64,000 nucleotides of DNA from Patescibacteria group bacterium (GTDB taxonomy: Bacteria > Patescibacteriota > Minisyncoccia > Phycocordibacterales > Phycocordibacteraceae): the NCBI GenBank assembly GCA_004322365.1, contig SCTS01000006.1:160756-224755 (forward strand), in the 5' to 3' direction. The notes under the pieces were generated by a model. That model saw only the letters and a program-made list of their open reading frames with translations. It searched no databases and was not told the DNA's origin. Position 1 is the first letter of the stretch, and each line of letters opens with the position of its first letter. Shown piece by piece: positions 20,423-28,532 of this stretch. The translations under genes and the position numbers were made by a program.

Positions 20423-21262
20423 TTATTGTGCTCCAGCAGATGCTTCCGTAGTCGTCGTAGTCGACGCCGCAGCTTTCATGCCCTTAAGCGCAGTAATAAT
20501 TTTGTCAGCATCCTTGCGTGCTGTCTGTAAGTCTTTCTGTGCAACTACAATTTGAGCTCGGGCATCCTTGAGTGCCTTTGTGTTTGCAGCTCTTTTTGTA
20601 GCATCACCATTATCAGGGACAAGGGTAACGATTGCGTTTACCGCTGCTTGCGCTTGCAAGCTCGCATCTGCAAGTTTTGCTTTGTACTCTTCAAAGACTA
20701 CGCGAATTGCTGTTACGTCATTTCCTGCCGTAGCTGCTGCCGCAATACGCGTTTCAAATTTTACCGCAATGAGTTGCATCGTGGTTGAAATTGTCACAAT
20801 ACGATCAGCCGCAGTAATTATCCCTCCTTGAGGAATAATGAGTGCATAGATACGGTACGAATCGGTAATGGATTTCACATCCCCCTTCAATGTTTCAAGA
20901 TCAGTATCTGCATTAATTTTAGCCTTAAGTGCATTCAGTGCATTCACTTGTGCTGTCAAAGTTCCCGCAATAGAAGCCTTGTCCGCGTCGGAAAGATTTT
21001 TCATTCCTTGTACGCGAGCGATGAGAGTATTAAGGTTTGTGACTCTTCTGTCAATTTCTTGATTTCCACGGTCCTTACCTCGCATCAATGCAACTGACTG
21101 CCCCGCTGTTGCTTTTACTTCTACTTTTGTTGCTGTAGGCGTAGTGACAGTAGCACCTGCATTTACGCTCGTAGTTACCGCCTCCTCAGCCAATGCGAAT
21201 GTTGGAGATAGAAGAATAGCGAAAGCGACAAGAGGAAGAAGTACTGGGGTTATTTTTTTCAT
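20423..21262 (-). CDS. Secreted Ala-rich coiled-coil protein
   Basis: Signal peptide (FALA|EE); long helical Ala/Lys/Thr-rich body. Confidence 0.75.
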   Translation of the reverse strand: MKKITPVLLPLVAFAILLSPTFALAEEAVTTSVNAGATVTTPTATKVEVKATAGQSVALMRGKDRGNQEIDRRVTNLNTLIARVQGMKNLSDADKASIAGTLTAQVNALNALKAKINADTDLETLKGDVKSITDSYRIYALIIPQGGIITAADRIVTISTTMQLIAVKFETRIAAAATAGNDVTAIRVVFEEYKAKLADASLQAQAAVNAIVTLVPDNGDATKRAANTKALKDARAQIVVAQKDLQTARKDADKIITALKGMKAAASTTTTTEASAGAQ

Positions 21263-21288
21263 ACTGTTAGATTATTAGAGAATAAGAT

Positions 21289-21576
21289 TTACTGCGCAAC
21301 CGCCTTATCGTTGAGACCTGCATCAATTGCCGTTGTGTCTCCATTCATTGCGGTCATATCTGCATCCACTGATGCCACATCCTGCATTAATGAAGCGTCC
21401 GAAGTGTCAGCGCCCGTTGCGAGTGTTGGTCCTTGAGGAACTGCGGGCTGTGTCTCGGTAGGAGCTACAGCAACAGGGGCTGGCGCTGGACGTGTTGATG
21501 CATACCAATAAAAACCACCACCGAGAACAACAGCTGCGAGTATAATTCCACTGGCTACTTTTATATTTCCTGACAT
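21289..21576 (-). CDS. Small membrane-anchored hypothetical protein
   Basis: N-terminal TM, Pro/Ala linker, acidic tail; co-oriented with the downstream gene. Confidence 0.7.
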   Translation of the reverse strand: MSGNIKVASGIILAAVVLGGGFYWYASTRPAPAPVAVAPTETQPAVPQGPTLATGADTSDASLMQDVASVDADMTAMNGDTTAIDAGLNDKAVAQ

Positions 21577-21683
21577 ATATGTAAGAAGTACTTAGATAAT
21601 TAGATAATGAGCACAGACTGATAAAGCCGTACCTTTCTATTATACCGCACGAGCGAAGATGTCACTGTGGACTCAGAGCCCTT

Positions 21684-22316
21684 CTATCTTAGTGTTTCTT
21701 TTGAGGCAAGAATGGCAAGTATCTCCGTCCATGACGCTACACGAGTAACGCCCTCAGGTACTACCCCTTGATTCCACGGCGTATCTAGGAGCAATACGGG
21801 GATCCCCACACTCGCTACATCAGATGCAAAGTGAAGCGCATCATCAATAAAAAGATCAGCTCCAATTTCAGTCATCACTGACGACTTCAAACGCTTTTTT
21901 GAAGGATCAGTTTCATAGTGACCCGTGAAATGGATTTCACGATAGAGCCCTAAGAAATTTTTAGTAAGCCAGTCAATAGTGTTGTCACGCATTCCTTCAT
22001 GCCGACCTGTCACCACAGCTATCTCGTAAGTTTTTCCAAGATGTTTCAAAGCATCATAGGCTCCAAAAACTGCCTCAGCTTGGTGATGAAACTCTGTACC
22101 TACAAACTCATCAATACGCCTTTGTGTTTCTTCGGGCGCACAATTCCAAACCGTTCCTAAATTGTAGTCAACAACTTCATCGCGCACATAGTTAGTGCCG
22201 TATGTCGCATTATGAAAGCTTGCCATGGCGTCTCCCGTGCGCGCCAATACATCATCAAGATCAACACCGAGAACTTTTTTCGGCTTCTGCGACTCATGTG
22301 GTGAAGATAAAATCAT
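21684..22316 (-). CDS. HAD-superfamily 5'(3')-deoxyribonucleotidase-like protein
   Basis: GVDLDDVLA, VVTGR, LFIDD, PWN motifs. Confidence 0.85.
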   Translation of the reverse strand: MILSSPHESQKPKKVLGVDLDDVLARTGDAMASFHNATYGTNYVRDEVVDYNLGTVWNCAPEETQRRIDEFVGTEFHHQAEAVFGAYDALKHLGKTYEIAVVTGRHEGMRDNTIDWLTKNFLGLYREIHFTGHYETDPSKKRLKSSVMTEIGADLFIDDALHFASDVASVGIPVLLLDTPWNQGVVPEGVTRVASWTEILAILASKETLR

Positions 22317-22377
22317 ACGTTCTCGCTACCGTAATAGCTTTACGGCTATTCGTCAACAAAACCTCACATCACTCAGC

Positions 22378-23403
22378 TCAGTTTCCGCAAATAGTCTTCA
22401 TGAGTACTGCACACACTTGGTACGGATCCATGTTCGCCGCAGGGCGTCTGTCTTCAAGATATCCCTTGCCATCGTTTGCGGTCGCCATGGGAATACGGAT
22501 AGATGCACCGCGGTCAGAAACACCGTAGCGAAATTCGTTGATACTACAAGTTTCATGTTTGCCTGTGAGTCGCTCTTCGTTCCCTGCCCCATACACAGCA
22601 ATATGTTCGTGATGTTTCCGTTTCAATTTCTCACAAGCAACTTTTATATGTTTAAGTCCACCCGAGGCACGCATCGCCTTCGTTGAAAAGTTTGTATGTG
22701 CACCTGCACCATTCCAATCTCCTTTCACTGGCTTTGGTGCATATGAAACTGACATATCGTGATCTTCACCAAGTCTCTCAAGAAGCCATCTTGCAACCCA
22801 AAGTTGGTCGGCTACAGCAAGGGGTCCGACAGGCCCTACCTGAAATTCCCACTGCCCCGGCATCACTTCTGCATTAATACCTGAAAGTTCTATCCCCGCT
22901 TTCAGACAAGCCTCCATATGTTCTTCCACCAAATCTCTACCGACAATATTTTCTGTACCTACACCGCAATAGTACGGACCTTGGGGGCCTGGAAATCCTA
23001 CTTTAGGAAATCCAAGTGGTCTGCCATTCTGGAAAAGCGTGTACTCCTGTTCAATACCAAACCACGCGCCAGCCGTTTGATATTTTTTAGCAATCGCACG
23101 AAGCTCTGCACGAGTGTTTGAAGGATGCACATCACCGTTCGCTTGATATACCTCACAAAGAACTAAAAGATGCGGGGCTCCGCGCAAAGGATCGGGCAAT
23201 AAAAAAACCGGTATAAGCCGGCAATCACTGAATCTTCCTTCTGCTTGTTCGGTCGATGAGCCATCAAATCCCCATTCCGGTATATCTTTTAATTTTGTAA
23301 CGGGGCCTTTAATAATTTTGGTCTTAGAGCGAATGCCCGCATTGGGCTTCCGTCCGTCGAGCCAAAGGTACTCAACTTCTACATATTTAGTAAGGGTAGT
23401 CAT
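22378..23403 (-). CDS. glnII: Glutamine synthetase type II
   Basis: 341 aa; EYLWLDG, FDGSST, PQGPYYCGVG, GINAEVMPGQWEFQVGP, DWNGAGAHTNFST, LEDRRPAANMDPY. Confidence 0.92.
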   Translation of the reverse strand: MTTLTKYVEVEYLWLDGRKPNAGIRSKTKIIKGPVTKLKDIPEWGFDGSSTEQAEGRFSDCRLIPVFLLPDPLRGAPHLLVLCEVYQANGDVHPSNTRAELRAIAKKYQTAGAWFGIEQEYTLFQNGRPLGFPKVGFPGPQGPYYCGVGTENIVGRDLVEEHMEACLKAGIELSGINAEVMPGQWEFQVGPVGPLAVADQLWVARWLLERLGEDHDMSVSYAPKPVKGDWNGAGAHTNFSTKAMRASGGLKHIKVACEKLKRKHHEHIAVYGAGNEERLTGKHETCSINEFRYGVSDRGASIRIPMATANDGKGYLEDRRPAANMDPYQVCAVLMKTICGN

Positions 23404-23658
23404 AATTCATTCTATCAAGAACAACACGCTGAATGGCAGAGATGGGTGTGGAAAGTACACGCCGAAGAAAATTGCCCCATGCGGGGCTTATTTTCCTGCG
23501 GACGAAGTTTTGGCAAAACTATTTTTTGGGGAAAGAATTTGCCAAAACTTCGACTGATTTGTTTTTGAATTCGAATGTCGCAAATGGAAAAGGAGGGGTT
23601 TGGGGAGGAACAAAGAGCTAGAGCGTGATGCTGATTTTTCAGTCCCCGTTATACGAAC

Positions 23659-24702
23659 TCAGTGATCTGACGGAGTTGTCGAAGCTATGACGGAAAACGA
23701 CCGGCTGCATGAATTAATGTCGCCATTTGAGTTCGTTGCCTCCATGACCAGAGATATTTTCTGGGGCGTATTTACGGTTCTCGTGACAGAACCGCTAGTT
23801 CCAAGCGGTTCTGTGTTTAATCCAAGGAGTGTGTTTGTTTCCGTTCCGTTAGCCCACTTCGCACCCGTTGCGTTATCTGTACTCCAGGAGAGTGCAAAAC
23901 TCTGACCTGCAACAGAATTGTAAGGTTGGAGGGATATTTTGCAGGTCGGCGGTGGCCATGCAAAAACCTTACTCTGGGTTTTAAAAACAGAAACACGCTT
24001 TAGTTCGAATCGGTTCACATGAACCAATGAATACGCTTCATATTCCAACGTATACAAACCCGGAACGAGTGTCTCGACTGAATGATTGGGATTCGGGTCG
24101 AGGAAAAACGCGACCGCCGGATAGCCACCGTCAGCGCGGGGTGGTTTTTCAGGGTCGATGGCTCCGTCCAAACCATACTTACGTTCTCCGTTTTGCGAGA
24201 GGTAAAACATTTGGCCATATAAAGTGCCCGCAGTTACTCTTGCATCATATGAAGTGTCCGCAGTTACTCCTGCATATAGACTCTTCGGCATGCCGTAGAT
24301 ATAGATGTCTTCTGCGCCACCCCATCCGCTTAAAGAACTGCTGAGCACCACTTTGGCCGAAGGCGTACTCTGTGTTGTTTGTGTTGCAGGCTGGGCCACC
24401 GTTTTTTTTACTTCAGTTTCATTTGCTACGACAGGTGCGGTTTTTGTTTCTTTTGGGGCAACGGAACCTGTATTCTCTTTCAGCTTATCCTGTGTAGTAC
24501 CTACTTCTGTTTTCTTAGTTGTAGTATCTGCGACCGCTGTAGTTGTAGAAGTCGCGATTTGAGCCGGCTGTGCTTTTGGCATCGCCTTGAAAACATTCCA
24601 CACATTCCAACTCAGAGGATTCCACCATGCAGCAAAAGCAATTTGAGGCGCAATAAAAACGGCAACGACGAGAGCTAAAAAGACTTTTTTGTAAGTCTGC
24701 AT
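23659..24702 (-). CDS. Secreted hypothetical protein with C-terminal Ig-like domain
   Basis: Signal peptide followed by AAWWNPLSW, Thr/Lys linker and LSWSTDNAT beta-sandwich motif; ATG 24702 chosen. Confidence 0.72.
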   Translation of the reverse strand: MQTYKKVFLALVVAVFIAPQIAFAAWWNPLSWNVWNVFKAMPKAQPAQIATSTTTAVADTTTKKTEVGTTQDKLKENTGSVAPKETKTAPVVANETEVKKTVAQPATQTTQSTPSAKVVLSSSLSGWGGAEDIYIYGMPKSLYAGVTADTSYDARVTAGTLYGQMFYLSQNGERKYGLDGAIDPEKPPRADGGYPAVAFFLDPNPNHSVETLVPGLYTLEYEAYSLVHVNRFELKRVSVFKTQSKVFAWPPPTCKISLQPYNSVAGQSFALSWSTDNATGAKWANGTETNTLLGLNTEPLGTSGSVTRTVNTPQKISLVMEATNSNGDINSCSRSFSVIASTTPSDH

Positions 24703-24749
24703 ATCAAATTTTAGAGTAAAAGCATTATAGCTCAAATACCAAGTCAAAA

Positions 24750-24864
24750 GAGGGATTCGGTCACAAGTAAATTTCCTGACGGAAATTTCTTGCTACCCCG
24801 ACTCGGTACTTTTGCCTTGAGCTATCGCTCAAACAAAAGTATACCTCCGTCATTCGAATCCCTC
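24750..24864 (-). repeat. tRNA-linked structured element, copy 1
   Basis: Bounded by GAGGGATTCG ... TTCGAATCCCTC (tRNA-Ser T-arm), with two internal hairpins. Confidence 0.8.
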
Positions 24865-24890
24865 ACGTAACACATGCCTATGTGTTACGT

Positions 24891-25008
24891 GAGGGATTCG
24901 GTCACGAATCACTAAGTATTTTACTCCTAGCGCTCGTAAAATACTAAGTGTTCTCGACCCCGGCTCAGAAAAGCTCTCCCAGAGCTTTTCTTCCGCCTTT
25001 CGAATCCC
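24891..25008 (-). repeat. tRNA-linked structured element, copy 2
   Basis: Same ends and linkers as copy 1 (GAGGGATTCGGTCAC...CCCCGRCTC...TTCGAATCCC). Confidence 0.8.
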
Positions 25009-25068
25009 AGCACCTATTCCACATAAATAAAAAAGCGGGTGCACAAAAGCACCCATTTTTTTACTTTG

Positions 25069-25156
25069 CGGAGAGGGAGGGATTCGAACCCTCGGAACCC
25101 TTTAGAGGTTCAACACATTAGCAGTGTGCTCCATTCGACCGCTCTGGCACCTCTCC
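25069..25156 (-). tRNA. tRNA-Ser(GCT)
   Basis: GGAGAGG acceptor, loop CT-GCT-AA, long variable arm, GGTTCGAATCC, discriminator G; CCA not fully encoded. Confidence 0.95.
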
Positions 25157-25289
25157 TTGAGAACAGTCAATTCATAACATGAATTGACTGTTCTAGCGAA
25201 CAATCAGAGTAAGTTTCTATGAATTTTAGAGCAAAATGTTTAGAGGTGCGCTAAAATACTCGCTTAAAGTTATAAACCTCATAATACCT

Positions 25290-25982
25290 ATGCCAAAAAT
25301 GTATATCATCATTATTCTCGTCGCTGTAGTCGCTATCGCAGGAACTTGGATCGCCCTCACCCGTAACAAAGATATGGAAAAGAAAGCGGGCGATGCTAGC
25401 GCTGTAACAAATACAGCAGGTGGTGATGCTGCAACAACTCCATCTCAAACACCTGCGACACAAGGTCAAGGAACAGGCGCAAGTGCTACAACTCCACAAG
25501 CAGTTACCTCCGCAACGCTCCACACAAACAAAGGAGACATCACGGTTGAATTTTTCGGTACCGACGCACCAAACACTGTCGCTAACTTCTTAAAGCTGGC
25601 GAAAGACGGATTCTATGATGGAACAAAATTTCATCGCGTTATCAAAGGCTTCATGCTTCAAGGTGGTGACCCATTAACGAAAGACGACTCTGCTTCAGCT
25701 CGCTGGGGAACAGGAGGTCCTGGCTACTCATTCAAAGATGAGATCCGTGCAAATAATAAAAATGATGTTGGCACGATATCAATGGCAAACTCAGGGCCTA
25801 ACACAAACGGTAGTCAGTTCTTCATCAATGTTGCTCCAAATAATTTCTTGGACGACAAACACACCGTCTTCGGTCGGGTAACCGCAGGCATCGATGTAGT
25901 GAAAGCAATTGAGAGCACTCCTACTAATTCAGGAGATCGCCCACTCGAGCCGATAGTCATAAAATCAGTAACACTTAATTAA
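25290..25982 (+). CDS. Membrane-anchored cyclophilin-type peptidyl-prolyl isomerase
   Basis: FHRVIKGFMLQGGDP, SMANSGPNTNGSQFFI, HTVFG; N-terminal TM. Confidence 0.93.
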   Translation: MPKMYIIIILVAVVAIAGTWIALTRNKDMEKKAGDASAVTNTAGGDAATTPSQTPATQGQGTGASATTPQAVTSATLHTNKGDITVEFFGTDAPNTVANFLKLAKDGFYDGTKFHRVIKGFMLQGGDPLTKDDSASARWGTGGPGYSFKDEIRANNKNDVGTISMANSGPNTNGSQFFINVAPNNFLDDKHTVFGRVTAGIDVVKAIESTPTNSGDRPLEPIVIKSVTLN

Positions 25983-26004
25983 ATAGATACTCACATTGAG
26001 AACG

Positions 26005-26035
26005 AAAAAAGAACACCTCGCGGTGTTCTTTTTTT
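26005..26035 (+). terminator. Intrinsic terminator
   Basis: GAACACC-TCGC-GGTGTTC followed by T7. Confidence 0.8.
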
Positions 26036-26075
26036 ACATGGCATACCAGTGTAAAAAACCGTACACTGATGGTAA

Positions 26076-27083
26076 ATGCCACTCAAAAAAATCGCAGGCT
26101 TTGGACCGGTCGTTGCAGCACTCCTTGGTAACACACTCGTTACCGCTATTAAACTTTGCGCCTCTATCCTTTCGGGTTCTAGTGCCATGTTTGCTGAAAC
26201 GATTCACAGCTTTGCCGACACGCTCAACCAAGCACTACTCCTCATTGGCATTCATCGTTCAACCAAAAAAGCTGACTCACAGTTTGAGTATGGATATGGC
26301 AATGAACGCTTTTTTTGGGCACTCATTTCTGCGTGTGGCATCTTTTTCCTTGGCGCTGGTATCACTCTATACAACGGAATTAACGCATTCAACACATCAC
26401 ACGAAATAACCTTTACTCCAATTATTTTTATTGTTCTTTTTCTTTCATTGCTTATAGAAAGCTACACACTTTGGATTGCCGAAAACAATTTAAGGAAATC
26501 TTTTCCCGATGCCGCATGGCATGAACGCTTCATGCTTGCTGATCCTTCCACGCTCGCTGTGTATTTAGAAGATGCCGTTGCGGTAATTGGTGTTCTCATT
26601 GCTACTGTCTCAATCACACTCTCCTACTACACCAAAAACCCTGCATGGGATGCCATCGGCGCTGTCCTCATTTCCATTCTCTTGATTAGCGTTGCAGTAA
26701 CTCTCATTGCAAAAAACCGCTCGTACCTCATTGGACGTGCAATGCCTACTGATTTGCAGGAAGAAGTGGTTGCGTTCTTAACGGGCGACCCTGCAATAGA
26801 AAAAGTCATAGATTTCAAATCAACAGTGCTCGGCTTTGGTTTATACCGTATTAAGTGTGAGGTTGAGTTTAACGGCCCAGCGCTTTTTCAAGAAGCCTTC
26901 CAGCGTGAAGCCTTAAAAGACCAATTCGAAGAAATCAAAGACGACTACGAAGCATTTAAACGCCACTCCGTAGATTATGCTGACCGTATTCCGCGCCTTA
27001 TGGGTAAGAAGATAGATGAAATAGAAGGAAGGTTAAAAAAGCACTTCCCCTCGATTCAACATATTGATATTGAAATCAACTAG
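26076..27083 (+). CDS. Cation diffusion facilitator (ZnT9-like) transporter
   Basis: SGSSAMFAETIHSFAD, YGYGNERFFW, LEDAVAV, WDAIGA, HIDIE. Confidence 0.9.
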   Translation: MPLKKIAGFGPVVAALLGNTLVTAIKLCASILSGSSAMFAETIHSFADTLNQALLLIGIHRSTKKADSQFEYGYGNERFFWALISACGIFFLGAGITLYNGINAFNTSHEITFTPIIFIVLFLSLLIESYTLWIAENNLRKSFPDAAWHERFMLADPSTLAVYLEDAVAVIGVLIATVSITLSYYTKNPAWDAIGAVLISILLISVAVTLIAKNRSYLIGRAMPTDLQEEVVAFLTGDPAIEKVIDFKSTVLGFGLYRIKCEVEFNGPALFQEAFQREALKDQFEEIKDDYEAFKRHSVDYADRIPRLMGKKIDEIEGRLKKHFPSIQHIDIEIN

Positions 27084-27107
27084 TCGCACATGGGTGCGGG
27101 GGGGATA

Positions 27108-28229
27108 CTACCTCGGCACTATATTCACCGTGAGAGCGCTCGAGACAAATGCGCCGTTTGCGCCAATACAAGTCAATGTGAAGACAGTGGTTTTAAGAAG
27201 TGGGCTGCTGAACTTTCCAGACTCCGATGTCAAAACAGAGCCAGAAAGTTCTGCCGGTGGATTTGAAACAAATGCACACGAAGAAACATTTTCAGTACTC
27301 CAACTTACAAGAACCTTCGAACCTTCGTAAGCGGTCACACCTCTGTCAGAGCCGTTCACTCGCAAAGCCACCTTTGAAACCAATGTGGACACTGGCGAGA
27401 GCACTGCACTCGTTGATGTTGCAGGAGTGCTTGGCGTAACAGCCTCTGGTGCATTCACAACCACAAACCCAACAGCAATGGCTCCCCCACTCGCACTCTT
27501 CACGATCACCTGATACGAACCACTCCTGAGAGCCGATGTGGTTATAGACCAACGGCCGTCTTTCACTGGCACTGAGTTATTTGCATACACCACCTCGCTA
27601 CTTCGTATTTCTACACTAACTGTAGTGAGGTTTTTTGCACTACCGGATATTGTTGCGGTAGTGGAGGTTGATGCTGGCATAGTATCGAGCGATATAGTCG
27701 CAAGCGCTGCTTCCAAACTTTCAGTGAGTGTTGGGCGCACAGTAGTTCCTGATGTAGTTGTGGTTGTGGTTGGGGTCGTGGTACCGCAACGCGAAGCTAA
27801 AAATGCGCGCGTAGCAGATTCAACGACACCAGAACTGAGAGATGAAGCGCTACTTGGGAGAATACTTTCCCGTACCTGTAAACGCTTCACTGCAGATTGA
27901 GTTGCAGGACCAAAATAACCAGTCACCAAGCCTTCAGGATAGAGAGTTCTATCTTCCGCCAACGCTTTTTGAAGTTTTGTAACATCACCGCCTGTTTCTT
28001 TATCAGAGATTCCAACAGAGAGCGTTCGACTCAATTGAACGCAGAGTGCAGTTTTTGATAGAGGGGGCCTAGTAGCAGACTGCGCCACAATAAGTTCTTG
28101 ACGCACTTGGTCTACCTCCAAAAGAAGCCGCTGCAACTTTGCGGTAAGCTCATCTACTGTTGCAGCTGACGCGAGGCTTGGAAACACAGCCAAAGCCACA
28201 AACGCTAATGAGATAAATGTTTTTTTCAT
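27108..28229 (-). CDS. Secreted peptidoglycan-binding domain protein with Ig-like C-terminus
   Basis: DVTKLQKAL...TGYFGPATQSAVKRLQ PG-binding motif; Thr-rich linker. Confidence 0.82.
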   Translation of the reverse strand: MKKTFISLAFVALAVFPSLASAATVDELTAKLQRLLLEVDQVRQELIVAQSATRPPLSKTALCVQLSRTLSVGISDKETGGDVTKLQKALAEDRTLYPEGLVTGYFGPATQSAVKRLQVRESILPSSASSLSSGVVESATRAFLASRCGTTTPTTTTTTSGTTVRPTLTESLEAALATISLDTMPASTSTTATISGSAKNLTTVSVEIRSSEVVYANNSVPVKDGRWSITTSALRSGSYQVIVKSASGGAIAVGFVVVNAPEAVTPSTPATSTSAVLSPVSTLVSKVALRVNGSDRGVTAYEGSKVLVSWSTENVSSCAFVSNPPAELSGSVLTSESGKFSSPLLKTTVFTLTCIGANGAFVSSALTVNIVPR

Positions 28230-28353
28230 AGTACAAAATAGTTCTTAAGGTATAGAAACAGTATATAGGTAAAGTTACCTTACCCTCATTATCAAAATTC
28301 GTTCCTCTCGTGCAAAACCCCCACTCAACGAACCCGACACATGCAAAAAGCAC

Positions 28354-28393
28354 GATATAGTTTAATTTAACGACCGTTAAATTAAACTATATC
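28354..28393. repeat. Perfect 19-bp AT-rich inverted repeat
   Basis: GATATAGTTTAATTTAACG-AC-CGTTAAATTAAACTATATC. Confidence 0.9.
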
Positions 28394-28532
28394 AAAAAAA
28401 AGACATGCGGGGATGGGCAAAAAAATAAATCGAGGAGGAATGTGGAAGAAATCTAGGGTCAATTCCTGATGAATGGATTTTAAAATAACGAACTAAAAAT
28501 CATTTTATTCATATTCGGTATACTGTTCTTAA

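Noticed and set aside
24750-25008. CRISPR array or extra tRNA genes suggested by the repeated GGGATTCG/TTCGAATCCC
   Set aside because: No constant direct repeat with unique spacers, no cas genes, and no D-arm or anticodon cloverleaf. Treated as tRNA-linked elements instead.
28230-28532. oriC candidate (AT-rich intergenic region)
   Set aside because: Only one degenerate DnaA-box-like 9-mer was seen and there is no dnaA/dnaN nearby.
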